Positions 1 through 8,780 of a stretch of DNA of 34,605 bases are shown here, piece after piece; positions within the stretch are counted from its first letter, which is position 1; each line of letters opens with the position of its first letter. The stretch comes from an uncultured Gammaproteobacteria bacterium. Lineage in GTDB: Bacteria > Patescibacteriota > Microgenomatia > Levybacterales > GWA1-39-11. The stretch spans positions 14,870 through 49,474 of the forward strand of contig CAZBEA010000001.1 in assembly GCA_964490835.1 (NCBI GenBank), given 5' to 3'. The position numbers and the translations under genes were made by a program. Under the pieces are notes generated by a model. That model did no database searches. It was given only the letters and a program-made list of their open reading frames with translations, and was not told the origin of the DNA.

Positions 1-324
1 AATAACCAAAATTTTAAAAACGCCTGTTATTCCTTGAGCGTTGAATCCGGCGAGTTTTGCTTCAAGAATAAGTTTGGATTCATTTTGCAAGGTTTCAGCC
101 AGATGTTTGTCAAACAAGACATCTTCTTCATCGGGTCTGAGATTTGTGTCTTTCGGGTTGAGCGACATTCTCTGACGGATGGCCTCCCAAAATATTTGTC
201 CTCCCTCGATGTGTTCCCACCCAAGTTCTTGTGAAAGCCTTTTTGCAAGCGTAGTTGAACCGGAGGCTATTCGCCCCGAAACAGTAACGATACGGACAGT
301 GTTTGATTCGTAAATACTCGACAT
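1..324 (-). CDS. Cytidylate-kinase-like (archaeal-type CMP kinase family) P-loop protein, N-terminal 108 codons; the gene runs off the left edge
   Basis: Absent from the ORF track because it is open at the window edge. Hand translation of the minus strand from ATG 324..322 has no stop down to base 1: MSSIYESNTVRIVTVSGRIASGSTTLAKRLSQELGWEHIEGGQIFWEAIRQRMSLNPKD...LILEAKLAGFNAQGITGVFKILVI. The glycine-rich loop, LAKxLxxxLGW, GGQIF and LEAKLAG pattern resembles small NMP/CMP kinases. It sits 5 nt downstream of the gap stop, on the same strand. Confidence 0.6.
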   Translation of the reverse strand, partial: MSSIYESNTVRIVTVSGRIASGSTTLAKRLSQELGWEHIEGGQIFWEAIRQRMSLNPKDTNLRPDEEDVLFDKHLAETLQNESKLILEAKLAGFNAQGITGVFKILVI

Positions 325-329
325 GGAGA

Positions 330-1406
330 TTATCTGCCTTGAATGTTTCTGCCTACTTGAATGGTTTGTTCAACAAGACGCGATGCATATCCGAATTCGT
401 TGTCGTACCATGCAACCACTTTGACGAGATTGCCTCCGACCACTTGGGTCAAAGATAAGTCTACAAGAGATGAAACAGACCTACCGATTATATCACTTGA
501 AACAACAGGGTCATGGGTCACTTCTAAAATTCCTTTGTAGCGGGGACTTTGGCTCGCTTCGATGAGCGCTTGGTTAACTTCATCAACTGTCACATCGCGC
601 TTTAACACGAAAGTAAAATCGGACAAGGAGCCGACAGGAACAGGAACCCGAAATGCCACTCCTTCAAAGATCCCCTTCAACTCAGGGACTACCAGGTGAG
701 CAGCCTTTGCCGCGCCTGTTGAAGTGGGGATGATATTCAAAGCCGCTGCCCGTGCCCGTCTGTAGTCATCGTGTCCACCATCCTGAAGGCGCTGGTCAGA
801 GGTGTACCCGTGAATTGTGGACATCATAGCCTTCTCTACTCCAAAGGTATGTTGGATAACTTGCGCCACCGGGGTTATGCAATTTGTCGTACATGATGCA
901 TTTGATACAATCGGGGTCATCTCGCCTTTGTTCTCATCAGTCATATTCACTCCCAGCACTTTCGTTGGTCCCGATTCGCCTTTAAATGGGGCCGAAAGAA
1001 TCGCCGCTCTGGCACCGGCGTCGATATGGAGTTGCATTTTTTCTTCGGTGGTAAATACACCTGTAGACTCGATAACTACATCGACATTCAGAGCCGCCCA
1101 CGGATATTTCTTGTTATCTTTTTCCGAAAAGATAGGAATCGGTTGACCGTCAACGAGGATCGATCCCAAAAACCCTGCTTCCGTTGTAATGGGACACGGC
1201 ATCTCCTCGGGGGCTTTTGTTTCAAATCGATTCGGGAGAGTTCTGTATACGGAATCGTATTTGAGTAAGAACATCCAACCGTTCAGGTCGGAGCTGGACC
1301 CGGCATTGATTCCGACCACTTCCACCTCATCACGAAAACGCTCAATAATAATTCGGTGGGCTACCCTTCCGATACGACCATACCCGTTAATTACAACTCG
1401 GATCAT
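330..1406 (-). CDS. gap: Glyceraldehyde-3-phosphate dehydrogenase, type I
   Basis: 358-aa ORF. It has the N-terminal Rossmann motif INGYGRIGR and the catalytic SNASCTTNC motif, and ends with WYDNEFGY. ATG at 1406..1404. Confidence 0.95.
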   Translation of the reverse strand: MIRVVINGYGRIGRVAHRIIIERFRDEVEVVGINAGSSSDLNGWMFLLKYDSVYRTLPNRFETKAPEEMPCPITTEAGFLGSILVDGQPIPIFSEKDNKKYPWAALNVDVVIESTGVFTTEEKMQLHIDAGARAAILSAPFKGESGPTKVLGVNMTDENKGEMTPIVSNASCTTNCITPVAQVIQHTFGVEKAMMSTIHGYTSDQRLQDGGHDDYRRARAAALNIIPTSTGAAKAAHLVVPELKGIFEGVAFRVPVPVGSLSDFTFVLKRDVTVDEVNQALIEASQSPRYKGILEVTHDPVVSSDIIGRSVSSLVDLSLTQVVGGNLVKVVAWYDNEFGYASRLVEQTIQVGRNIQGR

Positions 1407-1475
1407 ATATCAAGCATAGCGAAAATGTGTCATTTTGTGCAAGTGGATAATTGTTTCCTGGTTTACAATAATTTC

Positions 1476-2414
1476 ATGAAAGATTTTATTTTTGAGACAA
1501 CGGACGCTCGTCAAACCCCAGAATGGGGAACATTTTTAGAACACCTCCATTGGAAAGCGGAAGTATTTACATCCCCCTCTGGACACACAATTTACGCGTT
1601 CATTAAGATCATTCCCATTATTGGAACGATGGTAAAAATCCAGCATCCGAAAGGGCCGATTCCTTTCGAGCAGATAGAAGAAATTGTCAAAAAATACAAT
1701 GCGACGGTTGTTATTATTGAGCCTGATGTAACAGGCTTCAACGAAAAAGAATATAGGGCTCACGGGTATTCTGTTTCAAAAATGAGATATGTTCATTCCT
1801 CAACAATTAAAATTGATATTAGACCCAGCGAGGATACTCTTCTTCGCTCATTTTCTCAAAATGCACGGCGTAATATTAAAAAAGCCTCCAAGAGCCTTGA
1901 TGTAAAAGTAATTGATTTAAAAAATAAAGACGGTGAATCGGCAATGAAATCGTTTTACGCTCTGTATACCGCTTTAGGGAAAATAAAAAAATTCTATGTA
2001 CCCGGTGGGGATGAAATCTTTGCAAAAATGAATGCATTCCGCCAAAACTCATCAATACTTTTTGCTTACGAGAATAACCGTACGACCCCGATCGCTGCTT
2101 TATGGGTCGGGTTTTGTGATAAAACAATGATTTATTTTCACCCCGGAAATTCGAAACGAGGATACGAGTTACAGGCAAACTATCTTCTTGCTTGGGAGGC
2201 TATTAGACTTGCAAAGAAAAAGGGAGTATTCTATTTTGATTTTGAATCAATTTATGATCCACGGTATCCTTCTGAAAATAGTAAATGGAAGGGGTATACA
2301 GAATTTAAGAAAAAATTTGGAGGAGAAATTGTACAATTTCCCGCGTCCCGGATTAAGATCTACAGTTCTCTTTTTAAAGCGTTTTATACTATAGGAAATA
2401 TCCTCTCCAGATAA
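1476..2414 (+). CDS. FemAB-family peptidoglycan interpeptide-bridge aminoacyltransferase (FemX-like)
   Basis: The ORF 1356..2414 overlaps the gap start. The internal ATG at 1476 (MKDFIFETT...) removes that overlap. The C-terminal half (NARRNIKKA..., GYELQANYLLAWEAIRLAKKKGVFYFDF..., GYTEFKKKFGGE) matches the FemAB/MurM pattern. Confidence 0.7.
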   Translation: MKDFIFETTDARQTPEWGTFLEHLHWKAEVFTSPSGHTIYAFIKIIPIIGTMVKIQHPKGPIPFEQIEEIVKKYNATVVIIEPDVTGFNEKEYRAHGYSVSKMRYVHSSTIKIDIRPSEDTLLRSFSQNARRNIKKASKSLDVKVIDLKNKDGESAMKSFYALYTALGKIKKFYVPGGDEIFAKMNAFRQNSSILFAYENNRTTPIAALWVGFCDKTMIYFHPGNSKRGYELQANYLLAWEAIRLAKKKGVFYFDFESIYDPRYPSENSKWKGYTEFKKKFGGEIVQFPASRIKIYSSLFKAFYTIGNILSR

Positions 2415-2580
2415 TTGTATTGAAACAAGCGAATGAACACATGAGCGAGATATATTATAGGATTTATTTTGATATAATTCAGAATGAACGATTCCTCCTC
2501 GAAGCCTATTCGTGATCGTTATAGCGCAAAAGATATTATTTGATCTTGTGAATTGTGATCATATTTGATATCATTCAAGA

Positions 2581-2715
2581 ATGTCTGAACGAATAACAAA
2601 GATCAAAAAACTAAAAAAGGCACGTTCTCAGGGGTTTTTGAAAAGAACAGAATCCAGTTCCGGTAGAAAAACTTTGACACGAAGACGTGCAAAGGGGCGA
2701 AACAAACTCGCATAA
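2581..2715 (+). CDS. rpmH: 50S ribosomal protein L34
   Basis: Too short for the ORF track. Hand translation gives MSERITKIKKLKKARSQGFLKRTESSSGRKTLTRRRAKGRNKLA (44 aa), with the L34 hallmark GF..R......GR.vL..RRaKGR. Its TAA shares one base with the rnpA ATG (TAATG). Confidence 0.9.
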   Translation: MSERITKIKKLKKARSQGFLKRTESSSGRKTLTRRRAKGRNKLA

Positions 2716-3023
2716 TGCTTCCCAGGGCGAACAGATTTTCATTTAAAGGATCGGTTCCAAAAAGAGTTATTCAAACTCCATTTATTACGATTCGGTATCA
2801 GAAAATTGAGTCTGATTTAAAGGGAGCGATTGTTATCAGCAAAAAAGCGAGTAAAAAAGCAACGGACAGAAATAGAATGAAACGAATATTATCTGAAAAA
2901 CTTTTCCATCATAAAAATGCTCCCTATTCTATTGTTCTTTTTGTTAAAAAAAACGCTTTTATCGCACCGCGACCAGAACTCGATAAATCAATAACTGAAA
3001 CATTGAATTCTCTGTTACAATAA
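2715..3023 (+). CDS. rnpA: Ribonuclease P protein component
   Basis: 102 aa and basic. It has the RNR motif (DRNRMKRILSE) and lies immediately after rpmH and before yidC, which is the canonical order. Confidence 0.9.
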   Translation: MLPRANRFSFKGSVPKRVIQTPFITIRYQKIESDLKGAIVISKKASKKATDRNRMKRILSEKLFHHKNAPYSIVLFVKKNAFIAPRPELDKSITETLNSLLQ

Positions 3024-3836
3024 GTGATTATGGGAGACATTTTTCATCTATTACTTCTTCAACCGATAACCAACGTCGGGCTTGGATTATATGTCGTGCT
3101 TAACAATCTGGGGGTGCCTTTTGCTCTGGGATTCGCGATAATTCTTCTCACCCTCATTATTCGACTTGTGTTATATCCTGTCATGTCAAAGCAGATGAAA
3201 TCAGCCAAGACAATGCAAGAAATTGCACCCCATTTATCATCTATCAAAGAAAAGCACAAGGAAGACAGAAAAAAACAACAAGAAGAGATGATGAAGCTTT
3301 ATAAAGAGCACGGAGTAAACCCCGCAGCAGGGTGTCTCCCGCTTCTGATCCAGCTCCCAATCCTATGGAGTCTTTACAAGGTCCTATCAACTATCGTGTC
3401 GAGTGATTCCGTGAAGGTTATGAAGGATTTGAATCAATCTGCGTACTTTGAATGGATGAAAATCTCAGAACCGCTTCATACGGGATTTTTTGGACTGAAT
3501 CTTGCTCACTCTCCTTCGAAAGATTTTTCAGTCGCACCCTACCTGGTTTTGATACCTGTTATTACTGCTGCTACACAATTTATTCTTTCTAAAATGATGA
3601 TGCCTGCGAGTCCTCCTCCTGCAGCAAAGAATAAGGACGGAAAAGAAGATTTTCAGACCGCGTTTCAAAAACAAAGTCTTTTTATATTTCCTATCATGAT
3701 CGGATTTTTCTCCTTTTCGCTTCCCGTCGGGCTCTCACTCTACTGGAATACCTTTACACTTTTTGGTATACTTCACCAGTATCGAATTGCAGGCTGGGGA
3801 GGGATGCTCCCGGTCATACAAAAGATTAGAAAATAG
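3024..3836 (+). CDS. yidC: Membrane protein insertase YidC/Oxa1 family (short form)
   Basis: 270 aa and multi-TM. It has the conserved GCLPLLIQLPILWSLY segment and a C-terminal LSLYW motif. The track starts at GTG 3024; the ATG at 3030 is an equally plausible start. Confidence 0.9.
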   Translation: MIMGDIFHLLLLQPITNVGLGLYVVLNNLGVPFALGFAIILLTLIIRLVLYPVMSKQMKSAKTMQEIAPHLSSIKEKHKEDRKKQQEEMMKLYKEHGVNPAAGCLPLLIQLPILWSLYKVLSTIVSSDSVKVMKDLNQSAYFEWMKISEPLHTGFFGLNLAHSPSKDFSVAPYLVLIPVITAATQFILSKMMMPASPPPAAKNKDGKEDFQTAFQKQSLFIFPIMIGFFSFSLPVGLSLYWNTFTLFGILHQYRIAGWGGMLPVIQKIRK

Positions 3837-3838
3837 AT

Positions 3839-4279
3839 ATGGAAAAAACAATTCAAGAAATTGCAGAAAAACTTTTTGAAATGATAGATATGCCGGCAAC
3901 GGTTGCGGTCGAAAAAGAGGACGACCTTTATAAGGTTGCAATCTCAACTGAAGAAAACGCGCTTCTGATCGGAAAACATGGAAATACCCTCTCCTCGTTA
4001 GAATACATCCTTACTCAGATGGTTTCACTAAAAGAAGGATCGTTTGTGCGAATTCTTGTGGAGGTTGGTGGATACCGAGAAGAAAGAGAAGAATATCTTG
4101 AGAATTTAGCAGAAAAGATAAGACAGGAAGTGCTTGAAACGGGCGCGAGAAAGAGCCTTCGAGGACTAAAGCCTTGGGAGAGACGAGTAATTCACATGTA
4201 TTTATCAGAAGACCAAAGTCTTTCAACAGAATCGATCGGTGAGGGTCGTGATCGAGAGTTAGTCGTCACCAAAAAGTGA
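3839..4279 (+). CDS. jag: Jag/KhpB-type RNA-binding protein (KH + R3H domains)
   Basis: 146 aa. It has a KH-like segment (LLIGKHGNTLSSLEYIL) and an R3H-like C-terminus (LKPWERRVIHMYL). It is positioned after yidC as in many bacteria. Confidence 0.8.
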   Translation: MEKTIQEIAEKLFEMIDMPATVAVEKEDDLYKVAISTEENALLIGKHGNTLSSLEYILTQMVSLKEGSFVRILVEVGGYREEREEYLENLAEKIRQEVLETGARKSLRGLKPWERRVIHMYLSEDQSLSTESIGEGRDRELVVTKK

Positions 4280-5505
4280 GACGTATAGAGCAGATTCTTC
4301 TCATTCTGCTCGTAGGATCAATTCCCATTCAACTCGGATATCATTTTTGGCCATCGTGGGCTTTTGTTAGCGGAATTCGAGTCGATTATCTTTCTCCCAT
4401 ATTTTATTTCTCAGACATTTTTCTTATTCCTCTTGCTTTCTTATTTCTTATAAGAAATGCTAGTGGAAAGAGATCTCTTAAAGGATTGTCTCTTTTACTA
4501 CTACTCTTTGTTGTTCCATTCATCGCATTTTTCAATATTGTCCATTTTGAAAGCTTTGCTTATTCGCTCGTACGATTGGTGGGGTATGTTATTTTTGGTT
4601 GTAGCGTTGCACAGAATATTGATTCCTCTCTCCTTAAAAGGGTTGCCAAACTTATTGTTGTGATCTCGCTCCTTGTTATTACACTTGAAATTGCCCAATT
4701 TGTTGCGCAATCCTCCCTCCAGGGACTGTTTTATTTTCTTGGTGAAAGGAATTTCTCTCTTTCTACCCCGGGAATTGCCCGGTTTTCACTCGATGGAAGT
4801 CTTATTTTGAGGCCATATGCAACCTTTCCGCACCCAAATGTTTTGGCATTCTATCTTTTTATTGCTCTTCTTTTTACACGATGGTTAATAGCTCTTTCCA
4901 AGAGAACATCGTATATATTTTTGTACAGATGTACGTATGTGATTATCTTGTGTGGAATTTTTCTTACTTTCTCAAGGCTTCTTGTTTTTTGTGGTGCACT
5001 TCTTCTTTTTCTCGATCTTATTAAAAAACGAATCGGTCTGGCAGTTTTTATTGTAGTAGCGGGAATTTTCACGTTCTTTTTCTCTGACCGATTTGTGCCA
5101 GCCGTGCTCACAAATGATTTTGTCGATCGCCTCACACATGCATTGGGAGTTGCTCGCTATCTTGGTCAAAAAGTATTTTCAGGTGTTGGGTTAAATCAAT
5201 ATTTTTATTATCAAATTGAAGCTGAAAGGGAGATTTCGCCATATTTTCTCCAACCTCCTCATAATGTTGCGGTTCTTGTTCTGATCCAAACCGGAATGGC
5301 CGGGGTTTTGCTGTTGAGTTGGGGAATCATTAAAACAGTCAGAAAAGTTCTTTCGAAACCTCACTCAGAAGAAAGAGAGCTGAAAATTCTTCTGGTGATT
5401 ACAATACTTTTTGCCTCGCTATTTGATCATTATTTTATTACCCTTCACCAAGGCGCTTTGTTAACAGCGCTTTCGTTTGGGTTGTTTTGGGGAAGGAAAT
5501 CTTAA
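4276..5505 (+). CDS. O-antigen ligase/polymerase-like (Wzy_C family) polytopic membrane protein
   Basis: 409 aa with about 10 hydrophobic segments. The late motif PHNVAVLVLIQTGMAGVLLL resembles the HN..L....e.G..G signature of O-antigen ligase-like proteins. The GTG start overlaps the jag stop (GTGA). Confidence 0.6.
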   Translation: MRRIEQILLILLVGSIPIQLGYHFWPSWAFVSGIRVDYLSPIFYFSDIFLIPLAFLFLIRNASGKRSLKGLSLLLLLFVVPFIAFFNIVHFESFAYSLVRLVGYVIFGCSVAQNIDSSLLKRVAKLIVVISLLVITLEIAQFVAQSSLQGLFYFLGERNFSLSTPGIARFSLDGSLILRPYATFPHPNVLAFYLFIALLFTRWLIALSKRTSYIFLYRCTYVIILCGIFLTFSRLLVFCGALLLFLDLIKKRIGLAVFIVVAGIFTFFFSDRFVPAVLTNDFVDRLTHALGVARYLGQKVFSGVGLNQYFYYQIEAEREISPYFLQPPHNVAVLVLIQTGMAGVLLLSWGIIKTVRKVLSKPHSEERELKILLVITILFASLFDHYFITLHQGALLTALSFGLFWGRKS

Positions 5506-7718
5506 GGAGCAGGGGTTGGGCTCGGTTCAGGTCGAGGACAGGTGACACAATATTGATCTCCTGTCGGGTCGGAGACAATTATTTCACTTCGTGGTTCTAT
5601 ATTATCTACTTGATCTTTTTTTGCCAGGTCATTTGTACCCTTGTCGATTGTTACCGCAGTTCTCCCCGGATCGGTTCTACCGGGAGCGTACCCCTTAATA
5701 AAATATTCAAATCGTGTTGGGCATCGATCCGGAGTACCTTCGGGTGGAGGTAGCAGCCCTGACGTGCTACACACTTGCATGCCGATGACGTTTGTTGGTT
5801 TGGCTGGAGGCTCAGGAGGAACTTTTGCCACGAGCTCTTTCATAATAGCGTTCCAGATGGGAGCAGCACCGGTAACACCAGATACAACTCCGTTCATTGG
5901 AGTATTGTCATTATTCCCTACCCAAACAGCCGTCACAAAAGAAGGAGTATATCCAATGGTCCAGTTGTCACGATAATCATTTGTAGTACCTGTTTTTACA
6001 GATACCGGATATTTTCCGATTTGAAGCACCGAATTTGATCCAAATGCGGCGCTTCGGGCCCCGTTATCCGACAAAATATGCGAGATGACAAATGCCACAC
6101 CATCGGGAAGCACTTTTTCACCGAAAATCGGACTCTTTGGTGCCTTATATTCATCAATTACTTTTCCTTTACTGTCCGTAACTTTTAATATCGGCTGAAT
6201 TGGAATTTTATACCCACCATTTGCAAAAACCCCAAATGCCTCTACCATATCGATCATTCTTACCTCTCCTCCTCCCAGAGAAAGTGAGAGACCGTAGCGC
6301 TCGGGCTCCGTGAAGGTTTTAATTCCCATCGCAGACGCGGTTGCTATCATCTGTTCCATCCCGACAGCTTTAAGCATTTTTACGGCCGGAATATTGTACG
6401 AATTGGCAAGCGCGTGTCTCATTTGAACAACTCCGTGAAACTTCCCGTCGTAGTTTTTGGGACAGTACGATTTTCCACCTTGGTTGGGGAAACAGGTCTC
6501 CTTATCTACAAACGGAGTTGCAGCGTTATAGCCCATCGAAAGTCCTGTTGCATATACGATCGGTTTGATCGAAGACCCCGGTTGGCGAAGAGCAAGGGTG
6601 ACGTTTACATTCCCGTCATTTTCGGTATCGAAATAATCACGTGATCCTACCATTGCAAGAACCTCTCCGGTGCCAGGTTTTGTAACAACGGTTGCCGCAT
6701 TAGATATATCATATTGCTCCATCTCAGCGACCCGAGAAGCAACAACATCTTCCGCGAGCTTTTGGATTTCAAGGTCAAGCGAGGTCTTAACCTGAAGTCC
6801 CCCCCGCTCGACAACCTGCTCTCCGTACCTTTGTGTGAGGAGATCTTTTACGTAAAAAACAAAATGAGGGGCTTCAATTTTGTCCCGAATTTCTGAGAAA
6901 ACAAGAGGTTTGCTCGCTGCTTCTTTTTCCTGGGCTTCGGTGATATACCCTTCCTCTCGCATTGTGCGTAGAGCGCGAAGTTGTCGCTCCTTTCCAAGTT
7001 CTGGGTGCGATCCAAAGGGAGAGTACAAGGAGGGCGCGCGCGGAAGTGCTGCAAGGAATGCACTTTCTTCGAGAGTCAAGTCTGACACCTGTTTATTAAA
7101 ATATGTTTGACTTGCAGCTTGAACACCATACGCAGTTCCACCGTAGGCTACTTGATTGAGGTACATTTCCAAAATTTTATCTTTACTGTAGATGCTTTCT
7201 ACGATGTAGGCCAATATGACCTCTTTTGCTTTTCGAGTGAGTGTGCGTTCAAACGTAAGAAGCGAATTTTTAACAAGCTGTTGGGTAATAGATGATCCAC
7301 CTTGGGTTTCACCTTTGAAAACGGTGAAATAGAAAGCTCTGACAATTCCGCGAATATCGATTGCTCCGTGGTTGTAAAAGTCTTTGTCTTCAAGAGCGAT
7401 CGTTGCCTGCTGGAGATGTTTTGGAATTTTGTCGAGTGGGACAAATGACTGATTTTTGGATGCAAATATTGTATAGAGGAGTTTGTCGTTGCGATCATAA
7501 ATGTATGTAGACTGGGGGAAGTCGGTTCGCCCAATTCTTGTTGTAGACGGTATGTCTTTCAGAACGAAAAAGTACGCAAAAACCAAGAATGTGAGAAGAA
7601 GAGACAAGAAGAGAACAATTTTAATTTTCCAGAGTAATTTTAGGAATAGATATGGAATAGTTTGTGGTTTTTTGGCCACAGATAAGATTGTATTTTTGCC
7701 GTGTCGGAGGCGTTTCAT
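5502..7718 (-). CDS. Class A penicillin-binding protein (GT51 transglycosylase + transpeptidase)
   Basis: GT51 motifs are present: EDKDFYNHGAID and GGSSITQQLVKN. Transpeptidase motifs are present: SSIKP (SxxK), SYN (SxN) and KTGT. The ORF extends to 7790, but the ATG at 7718 (MKRLRHGK... followed by a TM helix) avoids overlapping the divergent gene. Its stop overlaps the convergent upstream stop in a TTAA palindrome at 5502-5505. Confidence 0.9.
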   Translation of the reverse strand: MKRLRHGKNTILSVAKKPQTIPYLFLKLLWKIKIVLFLSLLLTFLVFAYFFVLKDIPSTTRIGRTDFPQSTYIYDRNDKLLYTIFASKNQSFVPLDKIPKHLQQATIALEDKDFYNHGAIDIRGIVRAFYFTVFKGETQGGSSITQQLVKNSLLTFERTLTRKAKEVILAYIVESIYSKDKILEMYLNQVAYGGTAYGVQAASQTYFNKQVSDLTLEESAFLAALPRAPSLYSPFGSHPELGKERQLRALRTMREEGYITEAQEKEAASKPLVFSEIRDKIEAPHFVFYVKDLLTQRYGEQVVERGGLQVKTSLDLEIQKLAEDVVASRVAEMEQYDISNAATVVTKPGTGEVLAMVGSRDYFDTENDGNVNVTLALRQPGSSIKPIVYATGLSMGYNAATPFVDKETCFPNQGGKSYCPKNYDGKFHGVVQMRHALANSYNIPAVKMLKAVGMEQMIATASAMGIKTFTEPERYGLSLSLGGGEVRMIDMVEAFGVFANGGYKIPIQPILKVTDSKGKVIDEYKAPKSPIFGEKVLPDGVAFVISHILSDNGARSAAFGSNSVLQIGKYPVSVKTGTTNDYRDNWTIGYTPSFVTAVWVGNNDNTPMNGVVSGVTGAAPIWNAIMKELVAKVPPEPPAKPTNVIGMQVCSTSGLLPPPEGTPDRCPTRFEYFIKGYAPGRTDPGRTAVTIDKGTNDLAKKDQVDNIEPRSEIIVSDPTGDQYCVTCPRPEPSPTPAP

Positions 7719-7765
7719 ACTGCGGAAGCTATCACTTCTGAATTGAAATATTATATCATATACAT

Positions 7766-8764
7766 ATGTCACTGAATGATTTAGCTGCACTTCTCAAGTC
7801 TTTCATTGACAACATTCCTTTCACGCTTTTTGACTGTATCATCCTTTTTGCATTTGTGGGGTATGTTATCGAAGAGGAGTCATATAATATAGGAATTGTA
7901 ATTAAAAGGACGATTTTGCTCGTTTTTTCGTCGTTTTTAGCACTATTCTTGTACCGTTTCCCTTCCTATTTTCTCCAGGACTCATTCTTTATTTCGAAAG
8001 GAATCGCAGACGGAGTTGCACTACTTGGGGTGTGGGTGACTTGTGTTGTTCTGAGCGGGCTAGTTTCGCATTTCGTAGTCAAGGAAAAAATCGGTGCGTA
8101 TGTAATGAATCCCAAGATTAAAATCCCGCTGACTGTTATTGTGGCGACCGGGGGATTTTTAAGTCTTGTTTGGATTATTGTGCATGTTTTTGTTTCGCTC
8201 CCAATACCCGCGCAAGCCAAGTCGCTGGTTACATCGTCTGTTATCGTAAAAAGATTACTTGTTGCAACTTTCCAAAGCGATGTAGGGATTCAAAAAATCT
8301 ACACCGATGATCCCTCAAACGCACTACATGTTCTGGTCGTAAATGAAGAAGACGAGAGAAAAGATCTACGATTTCAGACCAAAAATATTATATCTACGGA
8401 TCAGGCTGAGGAGATAGTGCGGGCTATTAATAATTTCAGAAAAACCGCTGGCAGAGAAGCTCTTATTAAAGAGGAGATACTATCGTCTCTGGCTATGGAT
8501 ATGGCGGTAAAATACGCTCAGGAAGGTGAAATTGAAGATCAGTCTTCGCACTTGGCAAGTGTTTTGGGAGAGCGCGGTACACTTTTTTCACATGCAAAGA
8601 CAGTAACCGTGGTATCAGACAGCAGTACATTGGTTGTCCCATCGCTTATCGCAGGTCTTTCGTCTAAAACAATTCTTCTCGATCAAAAAATTGAACGTGT
8701 CGGTATTTCAACAGTTAGATTGAATGGAAATTCGTTGATGGTAGTATTCATATTTGCAGACTAA
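7766..8764 (+). CDS. Membrane protein with a CvpA-like N-terminal TM region and a CAP/SCP-like C-terminal domain
   Basis: 332 aa. The N-terminal ~170 aa have four hydrophobic helices in a CvpA-like arrangement. The C-terminus (AEEIVRAINNFRKTAGREALIKEEILSSLAMDMAVKYAQEGE...) resembles YkwD/CAP domains. The domain calls are by eye only. Confidence 0.45.
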   Translation: MSLNDLAALLKSFIDNIPFTLFDCIILFAFVGYVIEEESYNIGIVIKRTILLVFSSFLALFLYRFPSYFLQDSFFISKGIADGVALLGVWVTCVVLSGLVSHFVVKEKIGAYVMNPKIKIPLTVIVATGGFLSLVWIIVHVFVSLPIPAQAKSLVTSSVIVKRLLVATFQSDVGIQKIYTDDPSNALHVLVVNEEDERKDLRFQTKNIISTDQAEEIVRAINNFRKTAGREALIKEEILSSLAMDMAVKYAQEGEIEDQSSHLASVLGERGTLFSHAKTVTVVSDSSTLVVPSLIAGLSSKTILLDQKIERVGISTVRLNGNSLMVVFIFAD

Positions 8765-8780
8765 ATTCCAGGGGGTTTTC

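Noticed and set aside
1442-1450. A DnaA-box-like AGTGGATAA (8/9 match to TGTGGATAA) between gap and the FemAB-like gene, near the rpmH cluster
   Set aside because: It is a single isolated near-match with no cluster, no adjacent AT-rich unwinding element, and no dnaA gene nearby. That is insufficient to call oriC.
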